Virus record (IMG/VR): IMGVR_UViG_3300028326_000013 | Span: 1-37,455 of that record | DNA from: a virus | Lineage: Duplodnaviria; Caudoviricetes | DNA: 37,455 bases | Reading direction: 5' to 3' (one strand) | In this document: one piece after another, positions 1-7,236 of the stretch | Position numbering within the stretch: the stretch's first letter is position 1 | Layout of the letters: every line of letters begins with the position of its first letter | Program-made: the position numbers and the translations under genes | Notes under the pieces: generated by a model | Seen by the model: the letters and a program-made list of their open reading frames with translations, nothing else | Database searches by the model: none | What the model was told of the DNA's origin: nothing

Positions 1-480
1 GAGGACAGGAACCTTTACCCGGAGATTAAGCACACCCAGACGTCTGAGAAAGGACATGGACGCATCGAAATCCGCGACTATTCTCTGACTGCAGACCTTG
101 GCTGGCTGAGCGGGCGCGCGCAATGGAACGGCTTGAGCGGGCTTGGCATGGTCCATGCAACGGTTACTGCCGGGGAGAAGGTGACGCAGGAGCGTCGCTT
201 CTACATCACGTCGCTGACAAGTGTTGAACGGTTTGCGGAGGCCGTTCGCGCGCACTGGGGCATCGAGAACTCCCTTCACTGGTGTCTGGACATGACCTTT
301 CACGAGGATTACAGTCGCATCCGCAAGGATCACTCTGCGGAAAACATGGCGGTTGTCAGACATTTGGCATTGGATATTCTCAAGCAATATCCCGAGAAAA
401 TCAGCCTTTCCAGAAAACGCAGACGTTGTGCTTATGATGACGCTTTTCTTGCAAATGTCCTCCGCTTTGTTCATGCGTAA
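1..480 (+). CDS. ISAs1-family transposase, C-terminal part (5' end outside window)
   Basis: Frame 1 is open from base 1 (EDRNLYPEIKHTQTSEKGHGRIEIRDY...) to TAA at 478-480; contains ISAs1 motifs EKGHGRIExR and R.HWGIENSLHW.LD..F.ED. Confidence 0.93.
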   Translation, partial: EDRNLYPEIKHTQTSEKGHGRIEIRDYSLTADLGWLSGRAQWNGLSGLGMVHATVTAGEKVTQERRFYITSLTSVERFAEAVRAHWGIENSLHWCLDMTFHEDYSRIRKDHSAENMAVVRHLALDILKQYPEKISLSRKRRRCAYDDAFLANVLRFVHA

Positions 481-486
481 GCCCTG
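1..486. mobile_element. Right end of ISAs1-family insertion sequence
   Basis: Transposase ends within TTCATGCGTAAGCCCTG; the reverse complement starts CAGGG, as in ISAs1 terminal inverted repeats; left end not visible. Confidence 0.75.
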
Positions 487-505
487 GGAAATTTCGCTCC
501 GCCCC

Positions 506-534
506 TTGCTTTTTGCGCCCCGATATTCTATAAT
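506..534 (+). promoter_or_regulatory. SigA-type promoter of tRNA-Leu
   Basis: TTGCTT (506-511), 17 bp, TATAAT (529-534), ending 14 bp before the tRNA. Confidence 0.8.
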
Positions 535-548
535 AAAATCCGCATCGC

Positions 549-634
549 GCCGGAATGATGGAATGGCAGACGTGACGGACTCAAAATCCGTTGGTGGCGA
601 CACCGTGCGGGTTCAAGTCCCGCTTCCGGCACCA
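549..634 (+). tRNA. tRNA-Leu(CAA)
   Basis: Acceptor stem GCCGGAA/TTCCGGC plus ACCA; anticodon arm ACGGA-CTCAAAA-TCCGT (CAA at 582-584); long variable arm; T arm GCGGG-TTCAAGT-CCCGC. Confidence 0.97.
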
Positions 635-637
635 TGG

Positions 638-662
638 AAACCCAGCAATTGCTGGGTTTTTG
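638..662 (+). terminator. Rho-independent terminator after tRNA, possibly bidirectional with integrase
   Basis: Perfect palindrome AAACCCAGC-AATT-GCTGGGTTT followed by T tract. Confidence 0.85.
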
Positions 663-702
663 CTTTTCTCTGAGCGTCTCGGCACATTCTCGGTTCCCTC
701 CG

Positions 703-721
703 TGACAACTATTTGACAACT
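703..721. repeat. Direct repeat TGACAACT x2, candidate integrase arm-type sites
   Basis: TGACAACT at 703-710 and 714-721 (11-bp period), between tRNA and integrase stop. Confidence 0.5.
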
Positions 722-1935
722 TAGGTTTTTGGTTCGAGTTTTACAACTGCGTTGATGGCTTCCGCAGCGGCTTTATCCTGCGTTTTGTACGCATGCGCGT
801 AAGTGTTCGTTGTGGTGGTTACAGTAGTATGTCCAAGCCGTCGAGATACTTCTGTTATGGGCACCCCGGCTTGGATCTGGAAAGATGCATTCGCGTGCCG
901 CAAATCATGGTAGCGGAACGTCTCCACCGCACGGGACAAATTCGAGTTATCAATCAAGTGCCCATCTTCGTGGACGCAGACGTAGTCGGATGCGGCGTAC
1001 TTATCTCCAAAGCGCAGCTTATTTGCTTTTTGGTTTTTCTGCTCCGCCTTTAACACAGCGACCAGATCAACCGGAAGCGACATTTGCCGGATGTGCCGGG
1101 ATTTTGTGCGTTCTTTCTCAATGACTCCCTTGCAGCCGCCCACGGTCACCAGCTTTACCCGGATCCCGTCCGGTGGATTATTTTGAATATACTTCTCCCC
1201 TACTCTCTGCCGGACACGACGCACTACGACTTCACCGGTCTTCAGGTCGATGTCCTGCCACTTCAGGCCGAGCACTTCAGATTGACGCATTCCGGTCATC
1301 AGCGCGATGACAACGGGCAGATAATACGGTGATTCATGCAGAGCGATTAGTTGAGCATTGACCTGATCCATATCTGGCGGGATCACTTCCTGCGTCGAGG
1401 ATCTCGGGCGGTCGATCCGCTCGATAGGGTTCATTTTGATCAACCCGTCGCGCATTGCATACTTGAACGCCCGACTCAATACCGCGTGATGACGCTGGAC
1501 GGTGGAGGAAGTCAGCGGGCGCTTCGTCAAGGGCTCCAGTTTGAGCTTGAGTTCTCTCTCCCTGGCCGCAGCCGGATCCCGAAGGCGCACATACAAGAAC
1601 TCAATATCACCGGGTGTAATCTTTCGGAGGAGCACATTTCCAAAGTGCTTTTTTAGACGTTCAATGATGAATGAATAGCCGGCGATAGTCGTCGCTTCCA
1701 GCTCGGCATTGACTTTATAGGATGCAAACCAATCGTCGATCCATTCTGAGAATTTGGTGTTTGTCGGGTTAACATAGGTGCCATCTCGAACTTCGCGCTC
1801 AACTTCGTTTTTGAATGATTCGGCTTCGCTCAAATGCGAGAAATGCTTCTTCGGCTGGTGCTTCCTTCCATCCTTGTCGAAGAACATGTAGCGGACTTCA
1901 TATAGGCCCTTATCAAGCTTTTTAAGGGTTGCCAT
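721..1935 (-). CDS. int: Tyrosine recombinase / phage integrase
   Basis: 404 aa; catalytic motifs TGMRQSE, HDLRH, LGH and downstream Y (TYAH); SD GGAGGGAG. Confidence 0.97.
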   Translation of the reverse strand: MATLKKLDKGLYEVRYMFFDKDGRKHQPKKHFSHLSEAESFKNEVEREVRDGTYVNPTNTKFSEWIDDWFASYKVNAELEATTIAGYSFIIERLKKHFGNVLLRKITPGDIEFLYVRLRDPAAARERELKLKLEPLTKRPLTSSTVQRHHAVLSRAFKYAMRDGLIKMNPIERIDRPRSSTQEVIPPDMDQVNAQLIALHESPYYLPVVIALMTGMRQSEVLGLKWQDIDLKTGEVVVRRVRQRVGEKYIQNNPPDGIRVKLVTVGGCKGVIEKERTKSRHIRQMSLPVDLVAVLKAEQKNQKANKLRFGDKYAASDYVCVHEDGHLIDNSNLSRAVETFRYHDLRHANASFQIQAGVPITEVSRRLGHTTVTTTTNTYAHAYKTQDKAAAEAINAVVKLEPKT

Positions 1936-2033
1936 AATACTCCCTCCGATGCTTGGGTAGCGCTGGGTTGCTGCTCTCCCCCGTCCCGGTGACCGCCGTG
2001 CGAGGGCCTTTTTTTATTGTGTCCTGTTATGTA

Positions 2034-2062
2034 AGTATGACACTATGCCTATAAAAAGACAA
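2034..2062 (-). promoter_or_regulatory. Candidate integrase promoter
   Basis: Minus strand TTGTCT-N17-CATACT with TG extension. Confidence 0.5.
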
Positions 2063-2087
2063 GCATGTCCGAAAAGATCCATTTATT

Positions 2088-2711
2088 TCATTTCATCCGC
2101 GTAAGTAGACGCTGGCTGATGGGCGAAAGAAAATCTGATATGTTGCGGCGCTCGTCAAGGCGGAAGGCAGCAAAGATCTTGCTCCAGATATCGTCGTCCA
2201 CGTATCGGTTTTCCTGCCGCAGCAGGCCAAACGCGATTCGAGCGGCGTCGCGCGAGACGCCGCATAGGTAGCTGATCTCTAAGTAGCCCCGCGGCTGAAG
2301 CACCTCAAGCACGGGCCGCGGGCAGAGCAGGTGCTGAGCATAGCAGTTGGCCTCGAGCTCGGCCACATAGCTGGCGTCTTGCGAGTGTCTCAACACAATA
2401 TGCCCCAGCTCGTGGGCTAGCGAGAAACGGTACAAGCCACTGCCGGGAGACATCTCCTCGTCGTTCCAGAGGATAAGATTATGGATCTTGCCATTCAGAG
2501 CGCGTCGCATAGCGAACGCCATACGGCTGGGGCCGTCCCATAACGGTTCGAAATCATCAAACAGATGCCGCGCTTCATGGAAGGACATAACTTTGGTGTT
2601 CTGGCAGCGAGCGCAGAGTGCGGCCACATCGACGGGAAGGTGGTCAACTCCGGTGGCCAGCAAGGTTCGGTAGGCGTTTCGGGTGGCGCGATGATAGTCC
2701 GGCCGGTACAT
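2088..2711 (-). CDS. ImmA/IrrE-family zinc metallopeptidase (anti-repressor protease)
   Basis: RFSLAHELGHIVLRH (HExxH) and ELEANCYAQHLLCP; located between integrase and XRE repressor. Confidence 0.92.
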   Translation of the reverse strand: MYRPDYHRATRNAYRTLLATGVDHLPVDVAALCARCQNTKVMSFHEARHLFDDFEPLWDGPSRMAFAMRRALNGKIHNLILWNDEEMSPGSGLYRFSLAHELGHIVLRHSQDASYVAELEANCYAQHLLCPRPVLEVLQPRGYLEISYLCGVSRDAARIAFGLLRQENRYVDDDIWSKIFAAFRLDERRNISDFLSPISQRLLTRMK

Positions 2712-2740
2712 GCGATCGCCTCTGTAAGTGAGATGCGACC

Positions 2741-2769
2741 ATTATACCGAACAAGTGTTCGTAAATCAA
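2741..2769 (-). promoter_or_regulatory. Promoter of ImmA-like gene with LexA (SOS) box in spacer
   Basis: Minus strand TTGATT (2769-2764), 17 bp, TATAAT (2746-2741); CGAAC-AAGT-GTTCG at 2748-2761 matches the Firmicutes LexA box. Confidence 0.85.
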
Positions 2770-2920
2770 TAAAACCAGAACAATATAACCGGGCGTTTGG
2801 TCTGGCTACCTAACATGCCACGAATATCCATAATTCGAACAGATGGCTTGCTTCTCATTCGAAAAGGAAGTGAGTGCTACTCTGGGATTACTTTTTGCGC
2901 AACAAAGCCCAGAAGGTCGC

Positions 2921-3259
2921 TCATTTGTTTTCATCGAACGCCTTTTCAAACATCACTTTCGCAATGTCAATAAGTTTTTGCTTCTCTTCCGTGGTCATCT
3001 TCCGGGCTGCACGGGCTAGAATCTCAATCTGCACATCGTCAGTAGGCTCGGCGGCCGGAGCGGGATCGTCGGTTTTACCCCGGAGATACGCCTCAGTGGT
3101 ACCAAGGAGTTCGGCGACAATTTTCAATTCAACATCAGTCGGGCTTGATTTCTTATTTTTCCACTCGGTGATCTTCCCACGGTAGGCACCAATCTTTTCC
3201 TCGAGAAAGGCTTGCTTAAGCCCTTTCTGCTTCGCCAACGCAAGGATACGTTCTACCAT
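2921..3259 (-). CDS. XRE-family phage repressor (ImmR/CI-like, no S24 peptidase domain)
   Basis: N-terminal HTH (KGLKQAFLEEKIG...ITEWKNKKSSP...VAELLGTTEAYL); ATG at 3259 with SD GAGGTG preferred over GTG at 3268; divergent from early operon. Confidence 0.9.
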   Translation of the reverse strand: MVERILALAKQKGLKQAFLEEKIGAYRGKITEWKNKKSSPTDVELKIVAELLGTTEAYLRGKTDDPAPAAEPTDDVQIEILARAARKMTTEEKQKLIDIAKVMFEKAFDENK

Positions 3260-3278
3260 GCTTCTCACCTCGAAAAAA

Positions 3279-3330
3279 TCTGATTATTATCAGAATTCAT
3301 ATTGACTTCTGATTTTTTTCAGAGTATACT
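3279..3330 (+). promoter_or_regulatory. Early lytic promoter with two palindromic operators
   Basis: TTGACT (3302-3307), 17 bp, TATACT (3325-3330); TCTGA-N6-TCAGA at 3279-3294 and 3308-3323, the second filling the spacer. Confidence 0.88.
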
Positions 3331-3386
3331 ATGCCCGTACCCTAGTTAATATTACAGCCTCGACCACCGGAAGGAGCGAAAATTTC

Positions 3387-3626
3387 ATGTTCAGCTACAA
3401 GGTCTTCCTCACGAAATCCTCCGAAGCGGCACATGCCATCAGTCGCGGGACCGACTTCGGCAGCGGGGCCAATGAAGCCCGAATCAACTCCGCCAACGTA
3501 GGAATGGTCAACGAGGACAGCGACTTCATCCCGGCGATCTACCACAACAAGGGCTACTTCTACTGCGCGGTCGAGTACATCACCGAAGAAACCAAACCTT
3601 CCACTTACAACTTGGTCATCTGCTGA
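3387..3626 (+). CDS. Hypothetical 79-aa protein, first gene of early operon
   Basis: SD GAAGGAG, GC3-biased codons, directly after early promoter. Confidence 0.75.
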   Translation: MFSYKVFLTKSSEAAHAISRGTDFGSGANEARINSANVGMVNEDSDFIPAIYHNKGYFYCAVEYITEETKPSTYNLVIC

Positions 3627-3683
3627 CGTTTCCATACCGGCCGTCTGGTGGCCATCGTGCTGCTGCTTTTTCACCCTTCCCCA

Positions 3684-3712
3684 ATCTTACCACCTCCACC
3701 CAAGTATTACAA
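3684..3712 (-). promoter_or_regulatory. Leftward (antisense, PRE-like) promoter
   Basis: Minus strand TTGTAA-N17-TAAGAT with TG extension. Confidence 0.6.
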
Positions 3713-3744
3713 TAGTGATTTTACGAAAGGAGTGTGATGGAAGC

Positions 3745-3972
3745 ATGAACAAGACCGGAATCCAGCTCTACGACCGCACCTGGCTGGCCGAGAAGCGTAC
3801 CGCCGCGGGGCTTACCCAGAGCCAGGCCGCCGAGGCCGCGAAGGTGTCTCAGGGCTTGTACAGCCGGTTCGAGGGCGGCGTTGGCAAACCCGGTGTGGTC
3901 CCCGGCCTGCTGTTAGCGAAGGCGTTGGGATTCGACCCGGACATCTGGCTCAATGAGCGCCGACTTGCCTAA
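3745..3972 (+). CDS. Cro-like XRE HTH regulator
   Basis: LAEKRTAAGLTQSQAAEAAKVSQGLYSRFEGGVGKP; ATG at 3745 after AAGGAG. Confidence 0.88.
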   Translation: MNKTGIQLYDRTWLAEKRTAAGLTQSQAAEAAKVSQGLYSRFEGGVGKPGVVPGLLLAKALGFDPDIWLNERRLA

Positions 3973-4055
3973 GCTCTGATGGTCCCCGTTGCTACTTCAT
4001 TTCTCGACTCCCCCTCTCGACAAGCAAAGTATACCGCGAAAGGACGGCCCGCAAC

Positions 4056-4499
4056 ATGGCGGAATTTACGCATCTTGACCTGAGAAAAGCGCGGGAAACG
4101 CGGAAAATCCCGAGGTGGCAACTGGCGACCCGGCTGGGCGTCAGCGAGGACACGCTGGAACGCTGGGAGACCGGCAAACAAATGCCCACACCGGACGACG
4201 TTGGCCGCATCGAGGACGCGCTAGGCGCCCGCGCGGAGCTCTTCTGGGCCCGTTGGATGTATTCCAATTGCGAATCGTACCGGGAGCGCAATCCGGCGCC
4301 GGTGATCAGCGAGCTGCTGGCCGCGGTGGTTAGCGTCCGGTATGAACTGGCAGATGTCCAGGCGCTGCATGACCAGTTGGCCCGGGATGCGATCGATGGG
4401 AAGATCGATGACCCCAAGTTACGCGCTCAGGCGATCAAGGAAATCAGCGAGGCCCGGGCCGCGCTTAGCCGGCTCCAGGCGCAGATCGGAAAGGAGTGA
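4056..4499 (+). CDS. XRE HTH protein with helical C-terminal domain (CII-like regulator)
   Basis: N-terminal LRKARE...LATRLGVSEDTLERWETGKQMP; C-terminal DAIDGKIDD helical segment. Confidence 0.8.
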   Translation: MAEFTHLDLRKARETRKIPRWQLATRLGVSEDTLERWETGKQMPTPDDVGRIEDALGARAELFWARWMYSNCESYRERNPAPVISELLAAVVSVRYELADVQALHDQLARDAIDGKIDDPKLRAQAIKEISEARAALSRLQAQIGKE

Positions 4500-4504
4500 A
4501 ATTC

Positions 4505-4789
4505 ATGGAAGACAAGCTGGCCCGGGCGATCGCGGACATGCTTGCGCCGACGATTGCCGAGACGGTGCGCGAGGCCATTCGTGAAGCAGCACCCAGTTCG
4601 GCCGCCCCCGTGACCGTTTACACAGTGGAGGAGGCCGCCAAGCTCCTGCGTACCAGCCGTGATCAGATCCTGGCGTTCATCCGGTGCGGCAAGTTGGCCA
4701 GCTTCAAGTTGGAGCGCGACAGCCGGAAGAACCTGATCTACGCGAGCGATCTGATGGATCTGGTAGAACGCCTGAAACAGGCTGGCTAA
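4505..4789 (+). CDS. Excisionase-like HTH_17 DNA-binding protein
   Basis: VYTVEEAAKLLRTSRDQILAFIRCGKLASFKL; SD AAGGAG. Confidence 0.8.
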   Translation: MEDKLARAIADMLAPTIAETVREAIREAAPSSAAPVTVYTVEEAAKLLRTSRDQILAFIRCGKLASFKLERDSRKNLIYASDLMDLVERLKQAG

Positions 4790-4904
4790 GCCCTCAGACC
4801 GACCTGCGCAGCTTGACAACTGCATAGTCACTCGCCCCTCTGCCGGTCACAGGAATGCAGCGGCAAGGGCAACACAGCGACAAGCATGGAAGGAGGTGAA
4901 TGAA

Positions 4905-5024
4905 GTGTTGCACCATTACATTACACGGTACGAAGAGAATGGTATAAAGTATGTTGAAGCATGGCTGCAAATCAACATCTTCGGGAAACCATTCTGTTTC
5001 TCCAAGCGAAAGCTGAGGCAGTAG
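4905..5024 (+). CDS. Small 39-aa phage protein (not in ORF track)
   Basis: SD AGGAGGTG, GTG start, MLHHYITRYEENGIKYVEAWLQINIFGKPFCFSKRKLRQ, TAG at 5022-5024. Confidence 0.7.
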   Translation: MLHHYITRYEENGIKYVEAWLQINIFGKPFCFSKRKLRQ

Positions 5025-5069
5025 ACTGCCCACCCCAACCGCGTATCAAATGCAGCCGGGGAAAATGCA

Positions 5070-5102
5070 CAGCCATCAACGATTACGGGTCATTGATGGC
5101 TG
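5070..5102. terminator. Hairpin between convergent small genes
   Basis: CAGCCATCAA / TTGATGGCTG perfect 10-bp arms; lacks a clear U tract. Confidence 0.45.
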
Positions 5103-5111
5103 CACGCCTCG

Positions 5112-5249
5112 CTAGGCCTTCGTATAGGTCACATTGTTACATCTTGGGCACGGAGGCAAAGTATCCGTATCGTCATTCAGCACGACACGTTCCCCACACT
5201 TTGTGCAGATGTATGTGCCTTTTCCCGGCTTTTCGCCCGTTTTATACAT
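5112..5249 (-). CDS. 45-aa zinc-ribbon protein (moron)
   Basis: MYKTGEKPGKGTYICTKCG...LPPCPRC (two CxxC); SD AGGAGGTG. Confidence 0.85.
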   Translation of the reverse strand: MYKTGEKPGKGTYICTKCGERVVLNDDTDTLPPCPRCNNVTYTKA

Positions 5250-5274
5250 GACTCTCACCTCCTTTCTTTGGAAG

Positions 5275-5303
5275 ATTATAACACTTCGACAATATTCGCG
5301 CAA
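5275..5303 (-). promoter_or_regulatory. Promoter of zinc-ribbon moron
   Basis: Minus strand TTGCGC-N17-TATAAT with TG extension. Confidence 0.75.
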
Positions 5304-5320
5304 CGCGAAAGGAGAGTGCT

Positions 5321-5536
5321 ATGGACAAGCTTCCCTTCTATTACTTAATCCTCTGCATGGACGGTTTTCGGGACTACCTGATCTCGCTGACCCGCCTAGG
5401 CCCCGGCTGCTGCAATGGCACGCCCCGTGAGATCCCCGACGCCGATGGCGGGCTGCACCAGGTGCTGGGCGTGTACCCGGCCTTACGGCAGAACTACGAC
5501 GCGCACCAGTTGGCCATGAAAGCGAGGCGGGCGTGA
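5321..5536 (+). CDS. Hypothetical protein
   Basis: SD AAGGAG; stop overlaps next start. Confidence 0.65.
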   Translation: MDKLPFYYLILCMDGFRDYLISLTRLGPGCCNGTPREIPDADGGLHQVLGVYPALRQNYDAHQLAMKARRA

Positions 5537-5820
5537 TGAATGCGACAGGTATCGTTCGCAGGGTCGACGAGCTGGGGCGCGTTGTCATTCCCAAGGAAAT
5601 AAGGGCGACGCTTCATATTTCCGAGGGTGATCCATTGGAGATTTTCATCGTATCTGCCGACCAGGAGATTGTACTCCGCAAGTACGACGAGCTTAAAGTA
5701 AGATTTGGGTTATTCAAGGAGATGCTTGATTCTGCTGAATTCGTTCCCGCCCAAGATCGCACCGAGTTTGTCGCGCTAATCAACGCCGCCAAAAGACTAT
5801 TGGAAGGGAGGCCCCGCTGA
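5536..5820 (+). CDS. AbrB/SpoVT-family DNA-binding protein
   Basis: MNATGIVRRVDELGRVVIPKEIR...EGDPLEIF is the AbrB/SpoVT N-terminal signature. Confidence 0.92.
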   Translation: MNATGIVRRVDELGRVVIPKEIRATLHISEGDPLEIFIVSADQEIVLRKYDELKVRFGLFKEMLDSAEFVPAQDRTEFVALINAAKRLLEGRPR

Positions 5821-5954
5821 TGGAACGTAAGTGCACCCGCACCAAAATCCGCCGGCGGCACCTTACGCGCCAGATCATCGTCGCCGCCTGTTGGCTGACC
5901 GTCGGCTTCGGCGTTGGTGTCATCGTGACGCTCAAGGCGGTGGGGTTTTCATGA
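5820..5954 (+). CDS. 44-aa single-pass membrane peptide (not in ORF track)
   Basis: MERKCTRTKIRRRHLTRQIIVAACWLTVGFGVGVIVTLKAVGFS; SD GGGAGG; coupled by TGATG and ATGA overlaps. Confidence 0.65.
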   Translation: MERKCTRTKIRRRHLTRQIIVAACWLTVGFGVGVIVTLKAVGFS

Positions 5955-6136
5955 CGCGCCGCCTGTTGAGGGCCCTCGCCGCCCGGGGATTGCTAATCAG
6001 CTACACGGTGGGCATGCACACAGGTCAGCGCCTACGCGTGTGGGCCGATGATGGCCTGCCTCACACGATGACGCCAGGGACCGCGCAGGCGTACCTTGAC
6101 CGGCTCGAAGCCATCGAATGGGGGTGGACACCGTGA
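5951..6136 (+). CDS. Hypothetical protein (61 aa)
   Basis: Starts MTRRLLRAL at the ATGA overlap. Confidence 0.6.
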   Translation: MTRRLLRALAARGLLISYTVGMHTGQRLRVWADDGLPHTMTPGTAQAYLDRLEAIEWGWTP

Positions 6137-6202
6137 TGCGCTGGATCCTGAACTACCTCGTTACGATGGGCGGATTTATTCAATGGAGGTAAGTAAACAA
6201 AG

Positions 6203-7231
6203 ATGACGATCCGAGAATTCATCCAGCGTCAGGGGCTACCTTACGAAGCTAAGTTGATCCACGCCGAGCGGGTCGCACGCGAATTTCGGGATCACGTTGA
6301 CGACGCCCATGTATCGGTCGGCGGCCTGGACAGTATCACGCTGCTGATCTGGCTCCGATCCATCGGAATCGACGTTCCAGCCATCTCCGTTTCGTGCCTT
6401 GAGGATCAGTCAATCCAGCGCGTTCACAAGCAGATTGGCGTGATCCCCCTCAAGCCGATCAAGTCCAAAGCAACCGTGATGAACGAGTGCGGCTTCCCTG
6501 TGCTTTCCAAGCAGATTGCCGGAAAAATCGATCTGCTCCAACATCCCACCGAGAAGAACAAGACTGTACGGCACGCGATCATGACCGGCGAGACCGGAAA
6601 GCAGGGCGGCTACCGCACCGGTACGCGGATGAAAATGCCGCAAAAGTGGCTCAACTTGTTTGGCGGGTATGAGAACGAACGGTATGGAACGAACTACGCG
6701 AAGCCCAACTTTCAGGTATCGAACAAGTGCTGCTATTATTTGAAGGAAAAGCCCTGCGACGATTGGGCGCGGCAACACAAGTCTTCTCCCTATCTCGGCC
6801 TCATGGCCAGCGAAGGTGGTCAGCGTGAAAAGGCGCTGATGATGCACGGCTGCAACTACTACGGCAAGACTGTGACCCGCAGCTGCCCATTCGCGATCTT
6901 CAACCGACAGGACATTCTGCAGTTGGCGCTCGATTTCAATGTACCGGTGCCGGAAGTGTACGGCGAAATCGTCCGCGATCCCGACGGAACGCTCCGAACC
7001 ACCCGCGCCCAACGCACCGGCTGCTCCATGTGCGGGTTCGGGATTCACCTCGAGACACGCCCCCATCGGTTCGACCGGCTCTATGAAGACAACCCCCAGG
7101 AATGGGACTACTGGATGCACCGATGTGTGATCGACCCCGAAACCGGAGAACGGTTCGGCTGGGCCCGGGTCCTCGATTACATTGGCGTCGGGTGGGAACC
7201 GATGCTCGAACAAAAGGAGGCCGTCATGTGA
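6203..7231 (+). CDS. PAPS-reductase-family (PP-loop) protein
   Basis: SVGGLDS PP-loop, VSNKCCYYLKEKP and RTGCSMC Cys motifs; SD GGAGGT. Confidence 0.85.
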   Translation: MTIREFIQRQGLPYEAKLIHAERVAREFRDHVDDAHVSVGGLDSITLLIWLRSIGIDVPAISVSCLEDQSIQRVHKQIGVIPLKPIKSKATVMNECGFPVLSKQIAGKIDLLQHPTEKNKTVRHAIMTGETGKQGGYRTGTRMKMPQKWLNLFGGYENERYGTNYAKPNFQVSNKCCYYLKEKPCDDWARQHKSSPYLGLMASEGGQREKALMMHGCNYYGKTVTRSCPFAIFNRQDILQLALDFNVPVPEVYGEIVRDPDGTLRTTRAQRTGCSMCGFGIHLETRPHRFDRLYEDNPQEWDYWMHRCVIDPETGERFGWARVLDYIGVGWEPMLEQKEAVM

Positions 7232-7236
7232 TCCGC

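Noticed and set aside
353-719. ORFs overlapping the tRNA
   Set aside because: Spurious translations of tRNA and terminator sequence
2778-2850. Additional LexA-like half sites (AGAAC, CGAAC) and CGAAT-N7-ATTCG
   Set aside because: Second halves or spacing do not fit GAAC-N4-GTTC
3342-3674. 110-aa minus-strand ORF downstream of the leftward promoter
   Set aside because: Looks like the antisense shadow of the GC3-biased 3387-3626 gene; almost no leader for an SD
3621-3737. TGC-TGA followed by an open in-frame 36 codons and a small hairpin (ACCGG-CCGT-CTGGT), suggesting selenocysteine read-through
   Set aside because: Hairpin is weak, no redox motif context, and the extension overlaps promoter sequence; chance is sufficient
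4028-4056. Leftward TATACT upstream of the CII-like gene
   Set aside because: No -35 at acceptable spacing and no TG extension
4813-4821. TTGACAACT matching the putative integrase arm site, just after the Xis-like gene
   Set aside because: Single 9-bp match far from att; plausible by chance
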